Position numbers and translations under genes: made by a program
Virus record (IMG/VR): IMGVR_UViG_3300028844_005252
Length of the DNA stretch: 20,000 nt
DNA from: an uncultured virus (IMG/VR IMGVR_UViG_3300028844_005252)
Taxonomy: Duplodnaviria; Heunggongvirae; Uroviricota; Caudoviricetes
Strand: one strand, 5' to 3'
The notes under the pieces: model-generated
Seen by the model: the letters and a program-made list of their open reading frames with translations, nothing else
Told to the model about the DNA's origin: nothing
Databases searched by the model: none
Shown: positions 1 through 7,027 of the stretch, in pieces
How positions within the stretch are numbered: the first letter of the stretch is position 1
How the letters are laid out: each line of letters begins with the position of its first letter

Positions 1-2
1 TC

Positions 3-1085
3 GTGGAGTGTTGGATTAGCCGCGATGTTTTAGGAACAGGCGAGCCTCAAGAGTTCTGTGTATTCATAGACACGGAAACTAAAAAAGCTATTTATTACGA
101 ATACACCGCAAAACTAACACCTGATAACCGCCCACCTTATGTAACGGTTGCTATTGGTAAAATGCAGAACCGTTGGTGGGGGCCGAGTTTACCTGAGAAA
201 ATTAGGGTGTATCAGGAGTATATCGACAAACAGTTTAATTCAGAGAGTTACAGAAACGAACTTGCTGCTAATCCTATTATAGGTGTTAACCCGCAGGCCG
301 TGGAAGATGAGCCCGAGGATGTAGAACTTCATGCTGGTAAACTATTTCAATTAAAAGATCAGTACGGTATGGAAGACTTTCTGTCTTTCTCAGCTCTACC
401 AAACATGGATCAAAAAACACAGGAACTTATAGATTTTGTTTTTGGAATGGTTCAGCTTTGGTTGGGTGTTAGTAATATGGCTCAGGGAGACTACCAAGCT
501 CTGTCTCCAGCTAATACCGCAACAGGAGTAGAAGCAACTCTTCGTGAAGCCTCTAAAATTGGTCGTCGTTGGATGCGTAGAATCGTTCGTGGTTTTGAGG
601 AGCATTTAACTAAGCTCATAAAACTCTCCATGGCTACTATGGATGAGGCTGAGATCTATGAGTACATGGAAGGAGAAGTTTCAGCTTTTGCCGAAATGAC
701 ACCCGAAAAAATAGCGGACTTAGAAATGAACTGTAAGGTCATAATGTCGCAGGACCAAGGTCAACGGGCGATAGAGAAGGCTAACCTAGCTCTTCAAGTT
801 CAGGAAAGGTATTTAGAACATCCTCCCGAAATTAGACCGTTCAGCCGACCAATGTTCAAAAGAATTTTAGATGCCCTTGGATTTGAAAATATCGATGAGT
901 TACTTCCCGAAGCAGCTCCGCCAAGCCCTAAAAGTGAGGCTGAGATAATGAAACTTATGGCCGACTCACAAGGTGGTGGGGGTGGCGAAGTACCTCAAGC
1001 AAACAATCAAATCGACGCTCAAATACAGGGAATGGGTAACAGCAATCCCCAGGGCGAAAACCAATATCAACAACAGACAGGATAA
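3..1085 (+). CDS. Phage portal protein, C-terminal part (truncated at window start)
   Basis: Open from the window edge. Contains the portal-like motifs 'RWWGPSLPEKI', 'LGVSNMAQG...NTATGV' (P22/N4-type portal signature), a helical C-terminal region and a Q/G/N-rich tail. Lies upstream of scaffold and capsid genes. Confidence 0.85.
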   Translation: MECWISRDVLGTGEPQEFCVFIDTETKKAIYYEYTAKLTPDNRPPYVTVAIGKMQNRWWGPSLPEKIRVYQEYIDKQFNSESYRNELAANPIIGVNPQAVEDEPEDVELHAGKLFQLKDQYGMEDFLSFSALPNMDQKTQELIDFVFGMVQLWLGVSNMAQGDYQALSPANTATGVEATLREASKIGRRWMRRIVRGFEEHLTKLIKLSMATMDEAEIYEYMEGEVSAFAEMTPEKIADLEMNCKVIMSQDQGQRAIEKANLALQVQERYLEHPPEIRPFSRPMFKRILDALGFENIDELLPEAAPPSPKSEAEIMKLMADSQGGGGGEVPQANNQIDAQIQGMGNSNPQGENQYQQQTG

Positions 1086-1090
1086 TTATC

Positions 1091-1333
1091 ATGGCAAACA
1101 AATACACACACTCAAAAACACCGACTAGCCAAAAGGCTAAAACAAGACCGGACGGAAACGCTAGGCTTTCTTTGAAAAAGTTAGGTTTAAACCGATTTAA
1201 AGGAGCTAACCTAGAAGTAGTCAAGCGTCAGCTCGGAGCTAACTTTGGAAGCTACATCCACCCACTCGGGAAAGCTTACTCAACACTTACAGGCGTTATT
1301 TCTAAGACCAATAGAGCACAATCCGTAGGTTAA
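1091..1333 (+). CDS. Small basic hypothetical protein (80 aa)
   Basis: ATG 5 nt after the portal stop, K/R-rich, TAATG overlap with the next gene. Confidence 0.7.
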   Translation: MANKYTHSKTPTSQKAKTRPDGNARLSLKKLGLNRFKGANLEVVKRQLGANFGSYIHPLGKAYSTLTGVISKTNRAQSVG

Positions 1334-1614
1334 TGAGCGACATCGTTCTATTTGATAAACTTTCCGATGTTAAAAGGCTTACAACGGATGAGGCTTTTGG
1401 GCATCTTGAAAAACGGTTTCAGACCGAAAGAGGTAGATACCTCTCCAGGATGCTTGACCGCGAAACAAGTCCCGAGGAAACAATTGCTTTCAAGGCCGTC
1501 GTTAATGCGTTGGAAAACTTATCGCCAATGGCTCTCGCGGAAACAGTCATCAAAATAGAATCGAAGAATCTCAAAAAACATAACCCCGAAATGTTTAAGA
1601 TTAAAAAAGCGTGA
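1333..1614 (+). CDS. Portal-adjacent helical protein (Bbp19-like by size and position; 93 aa)
   Basis: Pattern 'L..L.TDEAF..L..RF......YL..ML....S.EET..FKAVV.ALE' is typical of small helical proteins after podovirus portals. Coupled at both ends. Confidence 0.6.
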   Translation: MSDIVLFDKLSDVKRLTTDEAFGHLEKRFQTERGRYLSRMLDRETSPEETIAFKAVVNALENLSPMALAETVIKIESKNLKKHNPEMFKIKKA

Positions 1615-1781
1615 ATAACGAAAAAACCACATCTATAGTTTCAGCTAAAGTTACGAGTCCCACCCCGGTTACTAAACCTGTGAATAAACCTAACCCCGTA
1701 AAGGTAAGTAACCCTTTGTTTACTAAAGTAGTACCGGTAAAGACTAGTAATAACCTTTTCACAAAAGTTAACCCAGTATAA
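1611..1781 (+). CDS. Unlisted 56-aa P/V/K/N/T-rich peptide with internal repeat
   Basis: GTG at 1611 overlaps the upstream TGA (GTGA) and TAA 1779-1781 overlaps the next ATG. Translation: MNNEKTTSIVSAKVTSPTPVTKPVNKPNPVKVSNPLFTKVVPVKTSNNLFTKVNPV. Fills the gap exactly. Confidence 0.7.
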   Translation: MNNEKTTSIVSAKVTSPTPVTKPVNKPNPVKVSNPLFTKVVPVKTSNNLFTKVNPV

Positions 1782-1984
1782 TGCCTAACCCGATTAAAGT
1801 ATTAACAGGACCACCCGCTCCCGTTATAAATCCAAACACACCCGCTACTGAACCGGTTAAATCTTATATAGACCGGTTACTTAGCTCTTATCCGCAAAAA
1901 ACGGAGTTTTCCGAAAATTCAACTACAACCACTTGTTATGTATTGGACGGTGGTGACTCCGGAAGCCAGCCGTGCGATGACTAA
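1781..1984 (+). CDS. Small Pro-rich protein ending near an LDGG motif (67 aa)
   Basis: TAATG overlaps at both ends. C-terminal 'CYVLDGGDSG' resembles DGG motifs common at the ends of phage fibre proteins. Confidence 0.65.
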   Translation: MPNPIKVLTGPPAPVINPNTPATEPVKSYIDRLLSSYPQKTEFSENSTTTTCYVLDGGDSGSQPCDD

Positions 1985-2217
1985 TGAGTGTATCTTTAAG
2001 AATTCGTCGCGATACCGAGGCTCGGTGGCTCGAAAACGACCCTGTCCCACACCAGGGTGAGTTGTGTATGGACATTACGAATCATAAAATTAAATTAGGC
2101 GACGGCTTCAACGAGTGGAGCAAACTTTCTTATATGAACTCAGAAGAAGTCAGTTCAATCCGTGAAGAATACGGAAATGAAACCGATTTCATTCTTAACT
2201 ACGAACTGTTTAAATAA
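1984..2217 (+). CDS. Stand-alone major tropism determinant N-terminal (Mtd_N / hyaluronidase N-terminal-like) domain protein
   Basis: 'LRIRRDTEARWLENDPVPHQGELCMDITNHKIKLGDGFNEWSKLSY' matches the recognisable RRDT..W...NP.L..GE...E.DT...KIGDG...W..L.Y pattern. Confidence 0.8.
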   Translation: MSVSLRIRRDTEARWLENDPVPHQGELCMDITNHKIKLGDGFNEWSKLSYMNSEEVSSIREEYGNETDFILNYELFK

Positions 2218-2225
2218 TAACTACT

Positions 2226-3014
2226 ATGGCAGACCCAACAAATATTTTAGGTAAAATCGGTAAAAAAGTCGGGGAAGAGCTTAAAGGCTTTAGAACCACA
2301 AGCGACAGCACATATGCTACTCAGGTTTCTTTAGGTAATACGGACGGACAAGTCTCTATTAACTCAAGTGCTATTGTAAGCTTAGGTAACGCTATTATAA
2401 GCTTGGGCAATTCCTCAGGTCAGGATTATGTTACCAAAGTTTCATTAAATAATTATAAAACGGGGATTAATGTATTTACAGATCTTGCCGCAACAAGAGC
2501 CGAGATTGGTGATTTAACAGTTACAGGTACGACTACAACTTTAAATACACAGACCGTTGTCGTTGAGGATAACATCATCGAGGTTAATTTAAAATCCGAC
2601 GGGTCTGAATCCGCACAGACAGGCGGTATTCAGATTAACCGAGGAGAATCCCCCGCGTCAGTTACTGAAACTTTGGGTAATGGTATTGCTAACTTTAATG
2701 CAACACCTAGTGGTGGCTTCCTTCATACTATAAGTTGGCTACAGGATGGGAACGATCCGAGCACTGATACTGTTACATTTAATGTCGTTAATACTCAACC
2801 AACAGGAAGTGAAGTAGACTCTCATATCGGTAAACTCCAGGCGGGTGAGAATTATATAACTAACTCATCAGGGGCAACTTTGGTTTTCGATTTTGATACC
2901 AAAGGTAACCTCCTCTCTATTGATACTTTTGAACAGATAGGTGCAGGTTCTAGCGTAAGACGGATAATCGGTTTCAACCATGTAGGTGGTGTAGAGGATA
3001 AAGCTAAAAGTTAA
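2226..3014 (+). CDS. Fibre-like structural protein; probably continues to 3135 in the +1 frame
   Basis: SLGN repeats and the common phage fibre motif 'GDLTVTGTTTTLNTQTVVVEDNIIEVN...GGIQINRG'. The +1 frame 3007-3135 encodes a plausible C-terminus. Confidence 0.75.
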   Translation: MADPTNILGKIGKKVGEELKGFRTTSDSTYATQVSLGNTDGQVSINSSAIVSLGNAIISLGNSSGQDYVTKVSLNNYKTGINVFTDLAATRAEIGDLTVTGTTTTLNTQTVVVEDNIIEVNLKSDGSESAQTGGIQINRGESPASVTETLGNGIANFNATPSGGFLHTISWLQDGNDPSTDTVTFNVVNTQPTGSEVDSHIGKLQAGENYITNSSGATLVFDFDTKGNLLSIDTFEQIGAGSSVRRIIGFNHVGGVEDKAKS

Positions 3015-3135
3015 GGATGTCAACGCAAGCGGAATTGTTGCAGTTTCAAGTGGGACAAGCCTTACTATAAATGGAATAGATATAGGTGATTTCTCTGAGT
3101 TCGCAGCGGGTGTTTCCCTTGGTAAGACTGTGTAA
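3007..3135 (+). other. Out-of-frame C-terminal segment of the 2226 gene (frameshift or indel)
   Basis: Reads KVKDVNASGIVAVSSGTSLTINGIDIGDFSEFAAGVSLGKTV*, has no usable start codon of its own, and ends 3 nt before the next GTG at 3139. Confidence 0.7.
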
Positions 3136-3138
3136 GAT

Positions 3139-3456
3139 GTGGCTTCGATTCTTGAACAGATTGGTACTAAGGTCGGTCAAGAGTTAAAAGCTCTTGATGC
3201 TAAGATCGGTCAAAGCAATGGCTCACCTACGGATAGCTATTCAGAAACTACTTTTACAAATGGTTTATTAAGTGGACTAACTTTTTGGTCCAATAGTTCT
3301 AAATTAACAAAACTATCCTCCAAAACATTTTCATACACAAGTGGTAATCTAACTAGCGTAGTAGAAAAAGACGGTTCTGATGTTACTACGCTCACGAAGA
3401 CTTTAACCTATGATGGAGATGGTAATGTCTCATCAATCACAAAGGATTACGCATGA
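3139..3456 (+). CDS. Small structural protein with ILxxIGxKVGxELK N-terminus and YD-like beta-hairpin C-terminus
   Basis: GTG start. N-terminus matches the 2226 gene. C-terminus has 'KTFSYTSGNLTSV' and 'KTLTYDGDGNVSSIT' repeats. ATGA overlap with the next gene. Confidence 0.75.
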   Translation: MASILEQIGTKVGQELKALDAKIGQSNGSPTDSYSETTFTNGLLSGLTFWSNSSKLTKLSSKTFSYTSGNLTSVVEKDGSDVTTLTKTLTYDGDGNVSSITKDYA

Positions 3457-6119
3457 ACATTACATCCGATACCACTTATTCTTCTAGTGGGCATACTGCT
3501 AACAACACTTTGGTAGTTAGCGACTTCGCGACTCTTACAATAAATTCAACAACGGCAACAATTTCAAGTCTCACATTTAGTGGAGGAGGAGGTAAAGTTT
3601 TAGTTGAGAACACAAGTACAACTAACCCAATCTTTGTAGGACTTGGTGGAGATTTTGATATTTCTGAAAATGGTGAATTGGATGTAAATGGTGGGTTAAT
3701 TGAATTAGCAACTGGAAATGGTACAACTACAACATTCACGCTACCTACAGATGGAAGTAATCAGTACACCAACCTTGGTGCGGTTTGGGTGGGTACTGAT
3801 ACATTTAGGAACGGGACAGAATACAAGGTCACTTATGGAGAAATTGACCAATTCACTAATATTGAATCTCATGCAAGTCTGAAAAATTTCTTCATGCATG
3901 ACACAACTAGCAATCAAATTGAGTTTTTAGAAGCACCTGCAAATGGTGTTAAAATTTGGATACCCAATGTGCAAATCAGCGGTATCACCACCTTGACTTG
4001 CGTAGGTCAAATAAACGCTACGAATTGTGCCTTGGAGCTTGATACCCAAGTAGGTGGCTATTCTAAAAAGACACAAGTTTTTAATACTGTAGGAATTGTT
4101 CAGACAAGTACAACTTTTATGAACAATAGAAGGCAAGTAGGTAGTTACAATTTCTTAAATGTTGGTAGCAAGGCACAGTCTTATTGGGATTTTTATGGAA
4201 TGGCAGAAACCATTATTTTAAAGAATTGCGTATTCTCAAGCAGGAATAATCGTGTTATGGATACTAACGGGGCAAGTAAAGTAGAAGCTGAAAAAGTTGC
4301 CTTTATTAACAGGGAGCCTGCTTCTGCTGGACATCTAAATCACAACTCATTTCTTTTAGGAGGGCAAACCTCTAGAGTTTATGACATTACAATAGCAAGT
4401 ACATGTCGCTTCAGAATAGACTCAAATCGTGCAATTATCAGAGGGGTTTACCATTCTATTAAATTCTACACTACTCAATCTCATAAACAAATTAATCATG
4501 TGTATTGCAGAGGATTTGATAATCTATTTGATGATTATAATCAGATTCCAGTTGGTTCTGGTGGTAGTTCTATAGTTTATTGTGAGACAGGGACTAGCGG
4601 AAACACATTCAACGACTTCAATGTTGATGGCACTGCTATAAGTTATGGGCTTTGGGACAGAGGAGTTGGAACTAGAGCTAACAAATGGAATGTCTCAACT
4701 AACTTTAATGTTGATGTAAACGGAGATGGTGAGACATCTAATGGTGAGTTTAAAAACTTTACTAATCAAAATGCTCATAACATTTCCGCAGGGACTTTGT
4801 TACCAACAGATGGAGAGGTTGAGCGTATGCTTATTCGTAGCAATGATCTTGACCTTAGATGTGGACTTGCCGTTCAGTCCATGACTAACGCATCAACCGG
4901 TTTGTTATACACAAATACAAACAAGACACAGGCTAGGATTGCAGGATGCTTTTCAAGACCCAACGCAAACACAACAGACAGAACTTACGCTGACTCAGAT
5001 TATAAATACTCTGCAAATAACAAACTCCACATAAAAAACATCAATGGTGGTGGAAGTTTTGAGTCACGGGCATACAAGGGAGTGACCGGAGTTAATGGAT
5101 TTGTGTTTAGTGATTTTGGAGATTTTACTTACACAGTACAGTTGAGAAAAATTGGAGGGACATACTCTAGTGCTTACGAAATAACTGACACGAGTGGGAC
5201 TGGGCTTTCGGCAGATAATACTGCTTTAGCAACTGCTTATTCTGCACTTACTGATGGGGATGCAGACACGATACAATATAAAATAAGTTTCTCAAAAAAC
5301 ACAGGGACAACTTATGATGATTATGTAAATTATTTTGGATTGGATGTCACAACTGATGCAAATTACGAAGCAGAGTTTTTAATAGTAGACGGGTCACTCG
5401 TATCAGCACCGAATATCTTATCTGGAACGAGGGTGCAGATTTACAATGTTAGCAAAAGTGTAGAGCTTGATACACAAATTTTAACAACAAATGGATATAA
5501 ATTGGTCTTAGACCTTTCGGCAAATGTTAATGTTGATGATGGAGATACATTAAGATTAAGAGCAACTTGTACGGCAGGAGCAGAAGCATTTCTTCCAGTA
5601 GAAAGTTTTGGTGTTATAAACGAAATTGGTATAACTTTTGCAGATTCCCAACAAGCGGACACCGTATACAACTCTAATGCCATAGACGGAAGTCAAGTAT
5701 CAACATTAACCGCAGACTACAACAACCCAATGGGAGTAGATGTATCGGATGCGGATGGCACAGCAAGCGTTAAAGAAATGTATGCATTCTTTGTGTATTC
5801 AACAACGACAGTGGATGGTGTTGATAAATGGTTTAATGGTATACGAGCTATTGATAATGCAAACTACGAAGTGGTCACAGCTAATGCCGATATAAAGATT
5901 CAGAACATAGGTAGTAACGCAGTCGTAGTGATGGATGGCAGATTATATCGAGACGACTATGCGTCCGTTCTATATGCAGAAAACGGTGACAAACCAATAT
6001 CTATGGATTCAGGTGCTTTAACTACGAATGTTCAGCCAATGGTAGAGTTCGTTTTGAATAACAACGCCAAGGTGAATTCAATAGATAAAAATACAAAAAT
6101 AATACCCGCACTATTATGA
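3453..6119 (+). CDS. Large beta-rich (beta-helix-like) spike/fibre protein, 888 aa
   Basis: N/T/S/G-rich with short beta-strand periodicity. The C-terminal ~240 aa ('GTRVQIYNV...GDTLRLRAT...QQADTVYNSNAIDGS...GRLYRDD') resembles a recurring phage structural domain. Coupled at both ends. Confidence 0.65.
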   Translation: MNITSDTTYSSSGHTANNTLVVSDFATLTINSTTATISSLTFSGGGGKVLVENTSTTNPIFVGLGGDFDISENGELDVNGGLIELATGNGTTTTFTLPTDGSNQYTNLGAVWVGTDTFRNGTEYKVTYGEIDQFTNIESHASLKNFFMHDTTSNQIEFLEAPANGVKIWIPNVQISGITTLTCVGQINATNCALELDTQVGGYSKKTQVFNTVGIVQTSTTFMNNRRQVGSYNFLNVGSKAQSYWDFYGMAETIILKNCVFSSRNNRVMDTNGASKVEAEKVAFINREPASAGHLNHNSFLLGGQTSRVYDITIASTCRFRIDSNRAIIRGVYHSIKFYTTQSHKQINHVYCRGFDNLFDDYNQIPVGSGGSSIVYCETGTSGNTFNDFNVDGTAISYGLWDRGVGTRANKWNVSTNFNVDVNGDGETSNGEFKNFTNQNAHNISAGTLLPTDGEVERMLIRSNDLDLRCGLAVQSMTNASTGLLYTNTNKTQARIAGCFSRPNANTTDRTYADSDYKYSANNKLHIKNINGGGSFESRAYKGVTGVNGFVFSDFGDFTYTVQLRKIGGTYSSAYEITDTSGTGLSADNTALATAYSALTDGDADTIQYKISFSKNTGTTYDDYVNYFGLDVTTDANYEAEFLIVDGSLVSAPNILSGTRVQIYNVSKSVELDTQILTTNGYKLVLDLSANVNVDDGDTLRLRATCTAGAEAFLPVESFGVINEIGITFADSQQADTVYNSNAIDGSQVSTLTADYNNPMGVDVSDADGTASVKEMYAFFVYSTTTVDGVDKWFNGIRAIDNANYEVVTANADIKIQNIGSNAVVVMDGRLYRDDYASVLYAENGDKPISMDSGALTTNVQPMVEFVLNNNAKVNSIDKNTKIIPALL

Positions 6120-6601
6120 GTAGAGGAGACATAGCTTTACTTTTAGACATACTGCTAATAGTGGCTATGGTTTTACTGACTCAGAGTTGCACAGTTTCCC
6201 AATGGTATCCCGCCGCGGGTGCTGTTGCGGGAGGGGCGTCGGGCTCAATTTTAGGGCCGGCGGGAGGTGGAATTGGTGCCGGCATTGGTTATGCGGGTGG
6301 GAAGACTGCTCAGATGATGTCTGAGAATGAAGATCTTAAGGAGACAGTCGATGCCTTGACACACGGTGATGTTTCAAAACTTGTTGAAAAGGGCTTAGAA
6401 TCTCAAGCGTCAGGCTTTCAAGAGTTTACGGGGAGTATAAAAAATATACTAACGGTAGCGGGGTCAGTTCTGCTCGCGTATCTTTGTATTCCAATACTAC
6501 TTGCCAGAAGAAGTGCCCAAAAAGAAGTGCAGAAATGTGTAACTAGAGCGCCTTTCCCGGTAAGACCGCCGCCAAGACCCAGCGACCATGAAAAACTTTA
6601 A
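6116..6601 (+). CDS. Membrane protein with lipobox-like signal, glycine zipper and C-terminal TM helix (candidate unimolecular spanin)
   Basis: Hydrophobic N-terminus ending LLTQS-C, then GAVAGGASGSILGPAGGGIGAGIGYAGG, then a C-terminal hydrophobic stretch ILTVAGSVLLAYLCIPILLA followed by RR. Confidence 0.55.
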   Translation: MSRGDIALLLDILLIVAMVLLTQSCTVSQWYPAAGAVAGGASGSILGPAGGGIGAGIGYAGGKTAQMMSENEDLKETVDALTHGDVSKLVEKGLESQASGFQEFTGSIKNILTVAGSVLLAYLCIPILLARRSAQKEVQKCVTRAPFPVRPPPRPSDHEKL

Positions 6602-6704
6602 ATTACTCAAAGAATACTACGGAACATTATCATGCAAAGGAAAACTAATTTTCGCAGCAGTAGTGTTGGCAACAGCCTACATATTACTAGATACGGTATC
6701 ATGA
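6588..6704 (+). CDS. Unlisted 38-aa single-TM peptide
   Basis: MKNFKLLKEYYGTLSCKGKLIFAAVVLATAYILLDTVS*. Basic N-terminus plus TM segment; its TGA overlaps the ATG at 6701 (ATGA). Confidence 0.65.
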   Translation: MKNFKLLKEYYGTLSCKGKLIFAAVVLATAYILLDTVS

Positions 6705-6856
6705 CAGACAGCACACCAATAATAGGAATGATCGGTACTGGGCTTTCTTTTACGCTCGGCCAGTGGAACGATTTAGTAGGACTAATAGCCGGCGTTTTAA
6801 CATGCGGGTATATGTTATGGAAACTTTATAGATTTTATAAAAATGAAGAAAAATAA
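6701..6856 (+). CDS. Holin-like small membrane protein (51 aa; start reassigned from 6632)
   Basis: MTDSTPIIGMIGTGLSFTLGQWNDLVGLIAGVLTCGYMLWKLYRFYKNEEK has two hydrophobic segments and a charged tail. ATGA coupling supports 6701 as the start. Confidence 0.6.
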   Translation: MTDSTPIIGMIGTGLSFTLGQWNDLVGLIAGVLTCGYMLWKLYRFYKNEEK

Positions 6857-6983
6857 AAAGAAAACTAACAGCGTACGCAGTTGCGTACAGTCGGGTAAAT
6901 GTAAATCACCTAAAGCGTGTATGGAAAAAAAGAAATGCGCACTTGAGGGTAAGCCTGGTAAACGAGGACAGTACGGATACTAA
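6843..6983 (+). CDS. Unlisted 46-aa Lys/Cys-rich peptide
   Basis: MKKNKKKTNSVRSCVQSGKCKSPKACMEKKKCALEGKPGKRGQYGY*. Four Cys evenly spaced as C-x5-C-x5-C-x5-C. Overlaps the upstream stop and fills the gap. Confidence 0.6.
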   Translation: MKKNKKKTNSVRSCVQSGKCKSPKACMEKKKCALEGKPGKRGQYGY

Positions 6984-6992
6984 TACAACCGG

Positions 6993-7027
6993 TTTTCAGA
7001 CCCGTATAACATTAGTATTGTACGGGA
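6993..7027 (+). promoter_or_regulatory. Possible sigma70-like promoter or hairpin upstream of the scaffold gene
   Basis: TTTTCA (6993-6998), 17 nt, TATTGT (7016-7021), 6 nt, ATG. Overlaps the inverted repeat CCCGTA (7001-7006) / TACGGG (7021-7026). Confidence 0.3.

Noticed and set aside
3139..3456. Rhs/YD toxin
   Set aside because: Only two or three YD-like hairpins in a 105-aa protein, with no Rhs core or toxin-immunity pair.
6632..6700. Track start at 6632 for the holin-like ORF
   Set aside because: This stretch is better explained by the 6588-6704 TM peptide, whose stop overlaps the ATG at 6701.
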